In this document: positions 51,076-62,388 of the stretch, piece by piece
How the letters are laid out: every line of letters begins with the position of its first letter
How positions within the stretch are numbered: position 1 is the stretch's first letter
Origin: Squalus acanthias
Taxonomy: Eukaryota
NCBI GenBank assembly: GCA_030390025.1
Contig: CM059432.1
Location: 60,452,001 to 60,516,000, forward strand
DNA: 64,000 nt
Reading direction: 5' to 3'
Notes under the pieces: model-generated
Database searches by the model: none
Seen by the model: the letters and a program-made list of their open reading frames with translations, nothing else
What the model was told of the DNA's origin: nothing
Made by a program: the position numbers and the translations under genes

Positions 51076-51279
51076 CTTTTTGTACAGCTTCAGGAAGCTC
51101 CTGCAGCCACCAGAGTGACAGCTGATCAATTTTGTTTCCAAGTGTTGTCACCCGCTCTCTTTCTACTTTTAAAGCCTCATCTGTCTTTTGGCATTCAGCT
51201 TCCAGTTGCTCCATCAAGCCAGTGATCTCTGATAGGACTGCCCTTGCCTCTTCATGCAAAGCTGTAGTTTGGTCATATT
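51076..51279 (-). CDS. CCDC178: Internal coding exon of a CCDC178-like coiled-coil gene (204 nt, phase 1 to phase 1)
   Basis: Acceptor TTCTTATGTAG and donor AAAG|GTATT. Translation (E)YDQTTALHEEARAVLSEITGLMEQLEAECQKTDEALKVERERVTTLGNKIDQLSLWWLQELPEAVQK matches my recollection of human CCDC178 (KIDSWSVWKLQELPLAVQK). Non-repetitive sequence. Confidence 0.85.
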
Positions 51280-51789
51280 CTACATAAGAAGCAGATATCA
51301 GCAATTACAAAGGCAATCAGTTTTGCCGAAGCAGCAGTTGAAGCGGTAAAATAGAATAAAGACTTTAAACACATACAAACAAGCTTCAATTAAAATTGGA
51401 CTCTACGATTTCGATTTCCATCCTGCAAATACTGAGCACTACATTTCATGGTCTCCACAAACCAAAGTTCCACGTGAGGTGACAAAGCAACCAAAATGGT
51501 TGCCCATTCTACAGCTTCCTTGCCTCTGGTATCAGTTTGGCAGCACTCATTTATACTCCAACCTGACACCATTTTCTAATCAGGGAAAGCTTTGCTCTGA
51601 ATGCCAGTCAAGTTTCTGATGTTAGCAAAAATCTGAGTCTGATCTTAAATCACATTAGAATTTGCAGGAGGTCCAGTGAACTAATCATTTAAACTTTAAT
51701 TTTTTAATTCAAAAAGTTCACTATGCATTGGTTATGTTTACACTGTAGCATTTTCCTGATTTATGATGTATCTGTATCCTATCCCGCAC

Positions 51790-52227
51790 CAAGTTTTGCT
51801 CACATAGCATCCCAGCCTCGCTAACTTCCCCTAGCTCCCGGTCCCCAACTCACTGAATTTGAAGTCCTCATTCCCATCTTCAAATGTCTCAATGGCCTTA
51901 TCCCACCATATCTTATGAACCTCCTCCAGTCTTATAGCGCCTTCCTATCCTTTCACACTGGCATTCTGTGCATCCTCAATTGGTGGCAGAACCTTCAGCT
52001 GCTTGTGCCCAACTCTGGAATTCCCTTACTAAACTTGTTCTCCCCTTTTTCCACCTTTAAAAAAAAAACTTCTTTAAAACTCATCTCTTGAACCAAGCTT
52101 TTGGTCACCTCTCCTAACTCTCCAATCAGTCCATTCCCTTTATTTGTTTACTTATTCTTTCTCTTTCTATAAAGTGCCCAAGGATATTTCCTACATTAGA
52201 AGTGCTATATCAATATAAGTTGTTGTC
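51790..52227 (+). mobile_element. Old L2 3' end
   Basis: Diverged similarity to 39850-40305. Confidence 0.6.
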
Positions 52228-52779
52228 GGTTTTATTGATTGAGCAAACCAAATTGTGCTTTTATTAGAGAAATTATAGAATGTGTGATACTTTCTGGCTC
52301 AAATTCTATGATTTGGTTTATATTTGTACAGAAATTATCAGTGGCCTTGATTAATATTAATGTTAATGTAACTATGTAATTAATATTAACGTTTACTAAT
52401 TTTTAAGGAAGATAAAGATGAAGACACTAGGGGAGATACTCGAATTTTGTAGGAGATAGGTGCATTTAGCAGTAACGGGGAGTTGGGGGAGCATATGAGT
52501 TAGTAATGTTGAGTAGTACTGGGGTCACTTGGTTGAGGAAGTATGAACAGGTATAAGACTCCGGGAGAATGCGCATGTGGGATGGCAGTGACGGTAGGTC
52601 CAGATTTCTTAAAAGTGCTCATTCAGTCATTGCTGGGGAAATCTGTAGTATTTAAAATAAATATTGTTGAATATTTATTTTAAACAATACAGGTTTTCCC
52701 ACTGCTGGGTGTCCCCCCCCCCCCCCCACCCCCACCCCACCCTCCCCTCACGTGAACATATCCCAAGCGCCTCTGTTAA

Positions 52780-53420
52780 GTCTGCTAAAAAATGTAAATA
52801 GACTTCTAGATTTTATCACAAGAGGTGTAGAATATAAAAGCCAAGAGGTAATGTTGAGGCTATATAAAAGTTCAATAAGACCTCAGCTAGAGTACTGCGT
52901 GTAGTACTGGGCTCCACGCTAAAGGAAGGATATTGAGGCTTTAGAGAGGGTGCAATGCAGATTCACTAGGATGCTGCCTGGTATGAGGAAATACAAATAA
53001 TGACAAAGACATTAAAAATGGAAAAAAATGTTTTTTTAAGGTTACAGGGTGATATGATAGAAGTGTTTAAAATTATGTACGTATAGGGCAGTGTAGATAG
53101 AAGCAGATTGTTTTCAGTAGTTGAGGGTTCTAGAACGAGGGGCCATAGATACAAGATTAAATGTAAAAGATCTAAAACAGAGAGCAGGACAAACTTCTTT
53201 ATACAGAGCTGTGAGACTATGAAATTGACTTCCAGGGTTAATGGTTGAGGCAGAGACATTGAAAATCTGATCAGATAGGTGGATAAAGGAAAAGGGGATG
53301 AAGGGATATTGGAACAAGGTGACTAAATGTGATTAGGACTATTTGCTCGTGGGGAAAGTAAATCTCAATATAACTTGGGGTGAATGGCCTGTTTCTGTCT
53401 TGTAATTGCTGTGTATTTCT
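52780..53420 (+). mobile_element. Old CR1 3' fragment
   Basis: RPQLEYCV and RTRGHRYK motifs plus 3' UTR. Confidence 0.75.
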
Positions 53421-53857
53421 ACGTATTTCGTAACTGAAGCACACAAACCACATTTTTATTAAAATCAGGTCCAAGAACCTATAATAACACATGTATGGCA
53501 CAAAGAATGCACTTATCCTCCAAAGGTAGACTTTAGCTTCTACCTACACACAGCTGAAAGTTGGCCCCGCATTACATAATGCTTCATTTTTTTTAGATGT
53601 TTAACAACATTCGCTGTTCTTATGTCAATTAAAAACAATCTCAGGTTCATAATACACATCCTATGAAATTAGGATGGAAGGGGATAACTGTGCTAGCTGT
53701 TGATACAGTTAAGTAAAAAGAGTAAAATTCAGTGAACAATTCTGGGAGAAAGACTGTTAAAAATACTTCAATGGATCACTTAGTTAAAACACAGAAAGGG
53801 TCATTTTGAATAGTAAAGAGTACTTTGCTTACAATTGTGAAGCTGAAGCAGTGTCTT

Positions 53858-55800
53858 GGGGGCGATTTTCTGACGTCCGAGGAGGCGGGCTTGGAGGCGG
53901 GAAAATCGGAAAAAATGAGTGCAGGTTCAGAACCCGCCTCCGCGGGATTTTGCCGGTTACCAGTTTTGCAGGGCGGGAAACGGTCCCGCCTCCAGCTGGC
54001 CAGAGAGGTTGTTAAGAGCCTTAAATGGTCGTTAAGGGCCTCTCTAATCCTATTTTGAGAGGCCCTCGTTATTTTTCGACCATTTTCAGCATGTTCCACG
54101 ACCCTCCTAAGCCACGCCAGCTAAACCTGGCGGGTTGACAAGTGGGTGGCCTCCTCACAGCTGCAGCTCCACCATTAAATCATTTATTTCATCAGGGATT
54201 AGTTGCAGGTGGCAGAACTTTGCTTTAAAAGGTCTTTGAGCACTTTTAGCAGGCCTTCCTAAGTCGAAGGTGCTGCAGCTTGAATCTATCAACTGTGGGA
54301 CATCCTTGGAAGACCCTCTCCCTGCCTGCAATGAGCGCTTCCCCAACGGAGGCATCTGCAAGCAGCATGGGAACCATTCATTTTCTTTCACCATGGACCT
54401 CAGATTCGGATGAGGAGTATCCACGGCAGCAGCAGAACCAGGCAGCTCAGCAGCAACAGCAGCAGGAGCCCCAACCTCCTGCTCAACCACCTGATGCTGC
54501 ACAGGGCAGAAGGCGCCAGCGCATCGAGGCACCTCGCTGCAGGAGATACCCCCAACAGAGGGTTACAGACAGAGGATGAGCTACCTCAACATGAGTGAGC
54601 AGCAGTGCCAAAGGAGGCTGAGACTTTCGCGAGAGGTTGTCCGAGAGATCTGCAGACTGCTGCAGCAAGACCTGGTGCCCAGAGGAACGGGTGGACACCC
54701 CTTACCAGTGGCTGTCAAAGTCACCACCGCACTCAACTTCTTTGCGTCAGGCTCCTTCCAGGGATCATCAGCAGCCATCAGCGGCATCTCCCAGTCGGCC
54801 GCCCACAGTTGCATCACCCAGGTTACCGATGCCCTTTTTGCTAAGTCCCACAATTAAATCCAGTTCTCAAGGGATCAAGCAAGTATAACCGCCTGTTCAG
54901 TTGGCTTTGCAAATATGGCAGGCATGCCAATGGTGCAGGGCGTCATAGACTGCACACATGTGGCCCTTAGGGCACCCCATCACAACCCAGCTATCTTTGT
55001 CAACCGAAAGGGCTTCCACTCCCTCAGCGTACAGCTGGTGTGTAACCACAAGAAGGAGTTTTTGCATGTTTGCACCAAGTTCTGTGGTAGTTGCCATGAC
55101 TCTTTCATCCTGCGGCACTTTAGTGTTCCTCCGCTTTTCAATCTACCAAACCAACTTAACGGATGGCTCCTTGGTGACAAAGGCTACCCCCTGAAGAAGT
55201 GGCTAATGACGCCGATCAGGAGGCCAGCTAACGAGGCTGAAGAGTGCTACAATGCCAGCCACACTTCGACCTGGTCCATCATCGAGCAAACCATTGGGTT
55301 GTTGAAGATGCGCTTCCGTTGCCTTGACCGATCAGGTCACCATACAGGGTCTCCAGAATGGTCGTGGTCTGCTGTGCACTGCATAACATCGCACAGCGTT
55401 GTGGCTTGCAGCTTCCTGATGAGCAAGTGACTCAGTTCCAGCCCTCCTCAGATGAGGAGGAGGAGGATCTGGAGGAGGAGTAGGAGCAGGAGGAGAGGAG
55501 GAGCAGGAGGAGGTTAGAGCGCCGGAGTATCGACCAGTAGCAGTGGCAGCACACGAGCACATGGCTGCCCGGGATGCAAGGGATGAACTTATCCTGGCCA
55601 GATTTGCATAGGTTGCCCAAGTTGGCACATGTCCTTGGCTCCATCCTAAGACATCATTGACAATGGACATGACTCTCTGGCCTCCTTTCACTCTGGCCAC
55701 CAACCTTACAACACAAGTGTGGCAGGAGCCCGCAATGTGGAGCTGCCTAAGGCGAAAGAACAAATCCCATAACGCCAACATTTTTGCATCAAATTATTTT
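53858..55800 (+). mobile_element. Harbinger left end plus transposase pseudogene (~54367-55611)
   Basis: Terminus [54 protein letters not shown]; acidic tail. Stops and frameshifts present; right TIR not found. Confidence 0.82.
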
Positions 55801-56649
55801 AATGCTTTCCAACATGAATGGCATTTCATCAATACACAGAAACATTTACCCAATCTGCACACAGATCTGGAGGTTATATCACTTGCCAGCTGGACCCACA
55901 CAGCCTTGGTTTCTTTGGGAGGCCTCTTCCTCCCAGATGAGTGGAAGAACACCTACCTGCTAGCTGTCAACCCCTCAAACAACATTTGCAGCGCCTCATC
56001 TGAGCACCTCGGGCAGGCCCTTGCCTTGGAATTGGACATAGTGGTTTCCCATGGCGCGCAAAATCTTTTCTCCTAGCAGACCGATGACTGAACAGTGTCT
56101 AGGTTATTACATAACACTGTCAGTGATCATATTGAGAAGCTGCAGCCTCAACAACAACAACAACTTCTATTTATATAGCGTCTTTAACGTAGTAAAACAT
56201 CTCAAGGCGCTTCACAGGAGTATTTTAAGACAAAGAATTTGACACCGAGCCACATAAGGAGAAATTAGAGCAGGTGACCAAAAGCTTGGTCAAAGAGGTA
56301 GGTTTTAAGGAGCATCTTAAAGGAGGAAAGAGAGGTAGCGAGACGGAGAGGTTTAGGCAGGGAATTCCAGAGCTTAGGGCCTAGGCAACAGAAGGCACGG
56401 CCACCAAAGGTTGAGCAATTATAATCAGGGATGCTCAAGAGGGCAGGATTTGAGGAGCGCAGATATCTCGGGGGGTTGTGGGGCTGAAGGAGATTACAGA
56501 GATAGGGAGGAGCGAGGCCATGGATGGATTTGAAAACAAGGATGAGAATTTTGAAATCGAGGCGTTGCTTAACCGGGAGCCAATGTAGATTAGCGAGCAC
56601 AGGGGTGATGGGTGAACAAGACTTTGTGCGAGTTAGGACACGGGCAGCT

Positions 56650-57197
56650 GAGTTTTGGTCTCCTTATCTAAGAAAGGATATACTTGCCATAGAGGGAGTG
56701 CAGCGAAGGTTCACCAGACTGATTCCTGGGATGGCAGGACTGTCGTATGAGGAAAGATTGGATCGACTAGGCCTGTATTCACTAGAGTTTAGAAGAATGA
56801 GAGGGGATCTCGTGGAACCGTATAAAATTCTGACAGGGCTAGACAGACTGGATGCAGGGAGGATGTTTCCCCTGGCTGTGGGTTCTAGAACGAGGGGTCA
56901 CAGTCTCAGGTTACGGGGTAGGACATTTAGGACTGAGATGAGGAGAAATGTCTTCACTCAGAGGGTGGTGAACCTGTGGAATTCTCTACCGCAGACAACT
57001 GTGGAGGCCAAGTCACTGAATATATTTAAGAAGGAGATAGATAGATTTCTAGACACAAAAGGCATCAAGGGGTATGGGGAGAGAACGGGAATATGGTATT
57101 GAGATAGAGGATCAGCCATGATCATATTGAATGGCGGAGCAGGCTCGAAGGGCCGAATGGCCTACTCCTGCTCCTAGTTTTCTATGTTTCTATGTTC
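56650..57197 (+). mobile_element. 5'-truncated CR1
   Basis: FWSPYLRKD...GIKGY and 3' UTR. Confidence 0.88.
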
Positions 57198-57892
57198 TAA
57201 TGTGAGAAGTCGCACAACACCAGGTTATAGTCCAACAGCTTTATTTGAAATCACAAGCTTTCGGAGCGCTGCACCTTCGTCAGGTGAAGTGAAGAGATGC
57301 ATATAGGCACAGCATATATAGTCAGAGAACACTGCCAGATGATTACAGTTAATCTTTCTAACTGCCCTTTATCACACCTCAGCAGAGAGATAATCATGGC
57401 AATCAAAGGTGTGGATGGTGTCCAAACAGGTCAGTCAGGAAAACATTACATCAAAGACAATGAGGTGGGGTCACAAGGGGTCAATTGTGGCAGATGCTGG
57501 GGTCTGTATGGAAAACAAAAAACTTTTTTTGCTGGAAATCACAGCAGGTTCGGCCACATCTGTGTAGAGAGAACAAGCCAACGACGACTCGAGTCTGGAT
57601 GACTCTACGTCAGGTGGGGTTACATGTAGCGTGACATGAACCCAAGATCCCGGTTGAGGCCGTCCTCATGGGTGCGGACCTTGGCTATCAGTTTCTGCTC
57701 GATGATTTTGCGTTGTCGTGTGTCTCGAAGGCCGCCTTGGAGAATGCTTACCCGAAGATCGGAGGCTGAATGTCCTTGACTGCTGAAGTGTTCCCCGACT
57801 GGGAGGGAACACTCCTGCCTGGCGATTGTTGTGCGGTGTCCGTTCATACGTTGTCGCAGTGTCTGCATGGTCTCGCCGATGTACCATGCTAT
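57198..57892 (-). mobile_element. Penelope-like element, second family (GIY-YIG C-terminus plus terminal repeat)
   Basis: MQTLRQRMNGHR...PVGEHFS...EQKLIAK...GLNRDLGF. Confidence 0.82.
57251..57287 (-). ncRNA. Minimal type I hammerhead ribozyme motif (second PLE family)
   Basis: UCAC-CUGACGA-A-GGUGC-AGC-GCUCC-GAAA-GCUU|GUGA: stem I UCAC/GUGA, palindromic AAGCUU. Confidence 0.75.
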
Positions 57893-59395
57893 GTTCTATG
57901 TTTTGGATCACCTTAAGTTTATGTAGGGTAGAATGTGGGAGGGCCAGCCAGGCGTGTGTTGGAATAGTCAAGTCTAGAGGTATCAAAGGCATGGATGAGG
58001 GTTTCAGCAGCGGATGAACTGAGGCAAGGGCGGAGACGGGCGATGTTACGGAGGTGGAAATAGGCGGTCTTAGTTATGCTGCGGATATGTGGTTGGAAGC
58101 TCATTTCAGGGTCAAAAAATGTTGCGAACAGTGTGGTTCAGCCTCAGACAGATATTAGGGAGAGGGATGGAGTCAGTGGCCTCACCCAATACCTAATGAA
58201 AAAGTACACACATTCTGCACCAGCACCATATTTTCCAACACCTTCTGGTACTTTATGTTACCACTCACTAGGTACTTGTCAATGCTGTACTGATTTTCTG
58301 ACATTTGCCAGAAAACTGTCCTTTGGCATTCAGAACTTATCATTGTATTGTTCCAGAGAACTGGTGCATTTAACCATTCCTCCATAAGTGCATGGTAAAT
58401 AGTTGACTGTATGGCAACCATTTTATGCTATAGATGGCTTTCCCATTGTTGAGGATGGTAGACATTAGCTACCTACAGATGCCATCAGTATTTGTGGATA
58501 TCACCAAAAATTATATCCACTGCCTCAAATGCAATGGGTTTGCAACATACAGAAAATTATCCTGTCAAAATTCCACAGTTAACACATGACTCAAATCAGC
58601 CCGTGTTAGTTGTGTTTTACCTAGTTATTGATGTAGGACAACTGACTGCAGTGCCGGCTTCATAACCTTTATTACCCTGAAATTGTGGCTGCTGATGCTT
58701 CTAACCAACCCCAAATGACAGTTAAACATTAATAAACCAGGTTCATAAATCCACAAAATTTGGTCTTCTGCATCCCTTGGGGAGTGAGTGCCAGTCTCTG
58801 TCTAGTCTGGCCGAGAAGTCAGGGAAAAACATGGTTGATATTTTCAAGCAGAGACTATAATGACAGGAAAGCTGAAAAAGCAGCAGCTCCAATTTTTATA
58901 CCAAAGGCTCAGGAAGGTGGCACGTGGAAGTGGGCAGGGATCACCAGCAGCCTAAAGAGGAGCAATATGGCGCCAGAGGCAGTGCGTGCAAAGAAGTGGG
59001 GCCAATCTTTGGACTAGTAGAAGTGGGCCCAGCATAGGAACGGCCCAAGTGGAAAAGAAAAAGTTACGGTACCAAGCCCCGACGATCCCTGTCTGGTCTG
59101 TCTCATTCAGGCAGAAACTGGGCCAATATTTTACAGAGGTGGTGCTTTTTCAAGTGGGACCTGGAATAATGGGAAAGTCCAAAATCCCTGGTTCGTTTTT
59201 TTTTTAAGTTTCATCATAGAGCTCCTGTCTCACACGAGGGAGAAGCAGGACTAATTTCCTTAAATTTAATGTAAAGCATTTTCTTTTGCAAAAGGTTTAC
59301 GGAAGATCAAATTAACTAAATGACCCCGCTCCCAAGAAAGCAATTAAGCAGTAAATTATCGTCACCAATCGCAGCTGTAGGCTCCCCAGTACTAA

Positions 59396-60597
59396 GGGCT
59401 AGAAATTCAGTGGGTTAGCGCCTCCAGTTAGCGCCACAGCAGGGCAAATCCCACGCTGCACAGCAAATTCGGTGGCCCCGTAGCGCCGGCGATAACAGTT
59501 AGCGGTCCCTTTCGCCATGCAGATCGTGACGTCAGCGAGTGTGCAACGCTCGCTGGGAGCCTGAGCTGCAAACTTCAGTAGCGCTCCCTGCCTTACCGCC
59601 TCACGCCGACAGCGCCAGGGAGCCGAGGCGTGAACCAGCCGGCTGGTGGCTGGCGGGGTGCTACTTAAAGGGATGCGCCCCAGCTGTCAAGGAACTTCCG
59701 TTCCAAAGGTCAGTTATGAGTGGCAGAGAGTGCAGAATGTATCTGCAGCCAAATAAAGACTGCTTAGTCCCCGGAGTGTTGCGGATCATCAAAGCACTTT
59801 GCATTTCATCTCACAGCATATCGCCATTCTGCACACCCCGAATCATTGGGGGCTGGTGTGCAGACTCTCAGTGACCCTCCCCTTAATGGCTGGAAGGCGC
59901 CTGCGCCAATGCTCACTTCCGATTACACAACACCTCATATTCGTTCATATTTCAATTTCAGATCATAACCTAGGCCCCTATCAAATATATATTTTTATCC
60001 ACACCTTTTGTTTGTGTTTTCTTTTCTTCTCTTCCACATGGCAGCTGTCTTTCATTCTGCCAGCGCAATTTACACTTCATCTAGAGCCATCCTTTGTTTC
60101 TTAACCTATCCCATTACCATCTCCTTTTGCCTTGAATATCTCTTAATGTCTCTTAACCTCTCCTGCCTTCTACCCTATCACAGACCTTCCCTTTTGTTCT
60201 TTCATCCCCTCCCCCCTTTCTCAGCCCCTACACTTGCTTAAAAATCTGTTCCATTTCCTCTTTTTTCCAGTTATGACGAAAGGTCATCGACCTGAGACGT
60301 TAACTCTGTTTCTCGCTTCACAGATGCTGCCTGACCTGCTGAGTAGCGCCAGCATTTTCTGTTTTTATTTCAGATTTCCAGCATCTGCAGTATTTTCTTT
60401 TTGTACCTCATATTCGTTATCGCTTGGAGCCTAATGCCACTTACCTACTCCATTAGCGCCTGATTTAGCGCTCCCCTGCATTCTTTGAGCGCTGAGACTA
60501 AATTTAGCAGGCAGCAAGATTGATTAGTGCCTGGCGCTAAACTTCCAACTTCTCAAAAGTTAGCGCCCCTTCCTGGGTACTACTGAATTTCTACCCC
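59396..60597. mobile_element. Non-autonomous Harbinger with a PLE repeat insertion (~60010-60405)
   Basis: TIRs GGGCTAGAAATTCAGT / ACTGAATTTCTACCCC and many TTAGCGCC motifs. Flanks TAA/AAA. Confidence 0.78.
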
Positions 60598-60851
60598 AAA
60601 GAGCTTAAATAAGCCCATTTGTAGCCTCCTAAAAGAGAATGAGTAGCAAGTTATACCGTCAACAAATGGTAGCTAAAGGCTTCATACAGTCATAGAGTCA
60701 TAACGGCACAGAAGGAGGCCATTCGGCCCATCGAGTCCGTGCCAGCTCTCTGTAGAGCAATCCAGTCAGTCCCATTCCCCCGCTCTATCCCCGTAGCCCT
60801 ACAAGTTTATTTCCCTCAAGTGCCTATCCAGTCTCCCCTTGAAAACATTGA

Positions 60852-61599
60852 GGGCTGGATTTTGTCTTGGGGTCGGGTTGGGGTCGTGTTATCCGCATTT
60901 CGTGTTCCCCACCCGACTCCAGATTAACGTGGATCAATGATGCAATTTTCACTTAATTGGGCAATTGAGTTCCAGCATGTGGGAACCCATGAACTAATTA
61001 GTGGTTTCAGTCTGAAAGTCGCCTCTGATGATGTCATCATTGCTGACTGGTCTCAGAGATTGTCTGGCTGTTGGTGAGAGAGGAGCCTGGCTTTTGATGT
61101 GAGTGGACCTGGATGGGGGATGGGGGAGGGGAAAGGAGAGAGAGAGAGAGAGAGAATTTGTTTGCATTCAAGTCCTCTCACAGCAAAGGCCAGGCAGTCT
61201 CTGAAGACATTCAATTCAGCAGCATCAGAAGCGACTTTCAGACCTAATACTACTACCTTCATCACATCTCCGTTGTAGTGGACCTGCAGCTGATAGTCAG
61301 CTATCCACTTGTGCTCCCGCCAGGTTTCACTGGAGTGTTTTACACCAGGCGTACTTCACGTCAGAAAAGGGTTAAACTAGCTAAAACGTTTCAAAATGGC
61401 ATTACAGAGCCAATTTAGGGCTTGTTAAGGGCTTTAATGGCCTCTCCCGCCTCTTGGAGGCGGGACGGAGTCGGGAACCCCACGACTGATTTTGTCAAAA
61501 TTGCGTGGAGACGGGATGGGGTCGGGACCCCCGACCCCGCAAATTTAACCCCCCACACGCCTCCAAACCCGACTCCATGGGTCATTCAAAATCCAGCCC
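60852..61599. mobile_element. Harbinger-type MITE (748 bp)
   Basis: TIR GGGCTGGATTTTG / CAAAATCCAGCCC and TSD TGA. Confidence 0.85.
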
Positions 61600-61827
61600 T
61601 GAGTGTCTCCACTTCCACCACTTCCGTCAGCAGCGAGTTCCAGGTCATCACCACTCGCTGAGTAAAAAAGTTTTCCCTCACATCCCCCTGTATCTCTTGC
61701 CCAAAACCTTAAATCTGTGTCCCCTAGTCCTTGTACCATCAACTAGTGGGAACAGCCTTTCCCCATCTAGCCTATCCAAACCCGTCATAATCTTGTACAC
61801 CTCTATCAAATCACCCCTCAACCTCAT

Positions 61828-62388
61828 ACAATAGCAAAATACTGCGGATGCTGGAAATCTGAAATAACAGAAAATGCTGGAAACACTCAGCAGGCCAGGC
61901 AGCATCCGTGGAGAGAGAAACAGTGTTAACGTTTCAGGTCTGTGACCCTTCGTCAGAATTGGAAAAAGTTAGAGATGTAACAGGTTTTCAGCAGGTGCAG
62001 AGGCAGAGAAAGGGGGGAGGGGAGGAAAGAACAAAAAGGACGGTCTGTGCTAGAGTGGAAGGCAGGAGAGATTAAATTATAGCTAAAGGAGATGGCAGAA
62101 TCATCAACAGCTGCCATGTGAAAAAATAGGGGCATGGTTATAGACTGAAATTGTGGAATTCAATGTTGAGTCCAGAAGACTGTAAAGTGCCTAATCGAAA
62201 GATGAGGTGCTGTTCCTCGAGCTTACGTTGAGGTTCATTGGAACAGTGTAAGAGGCCGAGGACAGAGTGGGAGTGAGCAGAGAATTAAAGTGACAGGTGA
62301 CCGGAAGCTCAGGGTCACCCTTACGGACTGTTCCGCAAAGTGGTTTCCTCTACATTGGCAAGACCAAACGCAGCATTTTCTGTTGCTT
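61828..62388 (-). mobile_element. Penelope-like 3' fragment
   Basis: Collinear with 36321-36890; short inverted YIGKTK piece at ~62340-62375. Confidence 0.8.
61924..61962 (-). ncRNA. Minimal type I hammerhead ribozyme motif in PLE repeat
   Basis: AAUU-CUGACGA-A-GGGUC-ACA-GACCU-GAAA-CGUU|AAC: core and stem II intact, stem I weak. Confidence 0.68.

Larger units (their letters stand above)
56148..58180 (-). mobile_element. L2 3' part split by CR1 and PLE insertions
   Basis: LHWLPVKQRLDFKIL and LIHAFDTSRLDYSN; tail (caa)n. Confidence 0.82.

Noticed and set aside
52345..52395. AT-rich palindromes (ttaatattaa)
   Set aside because: Low complexity, with no TIR/TSD or other support.
58182..58421. 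Additional CCDC178 exon in unique sequence (also 51390-51572)
   Set aside because: No recognisable similarity to the expected upstream peptide, and the splice signals are unconvincing.
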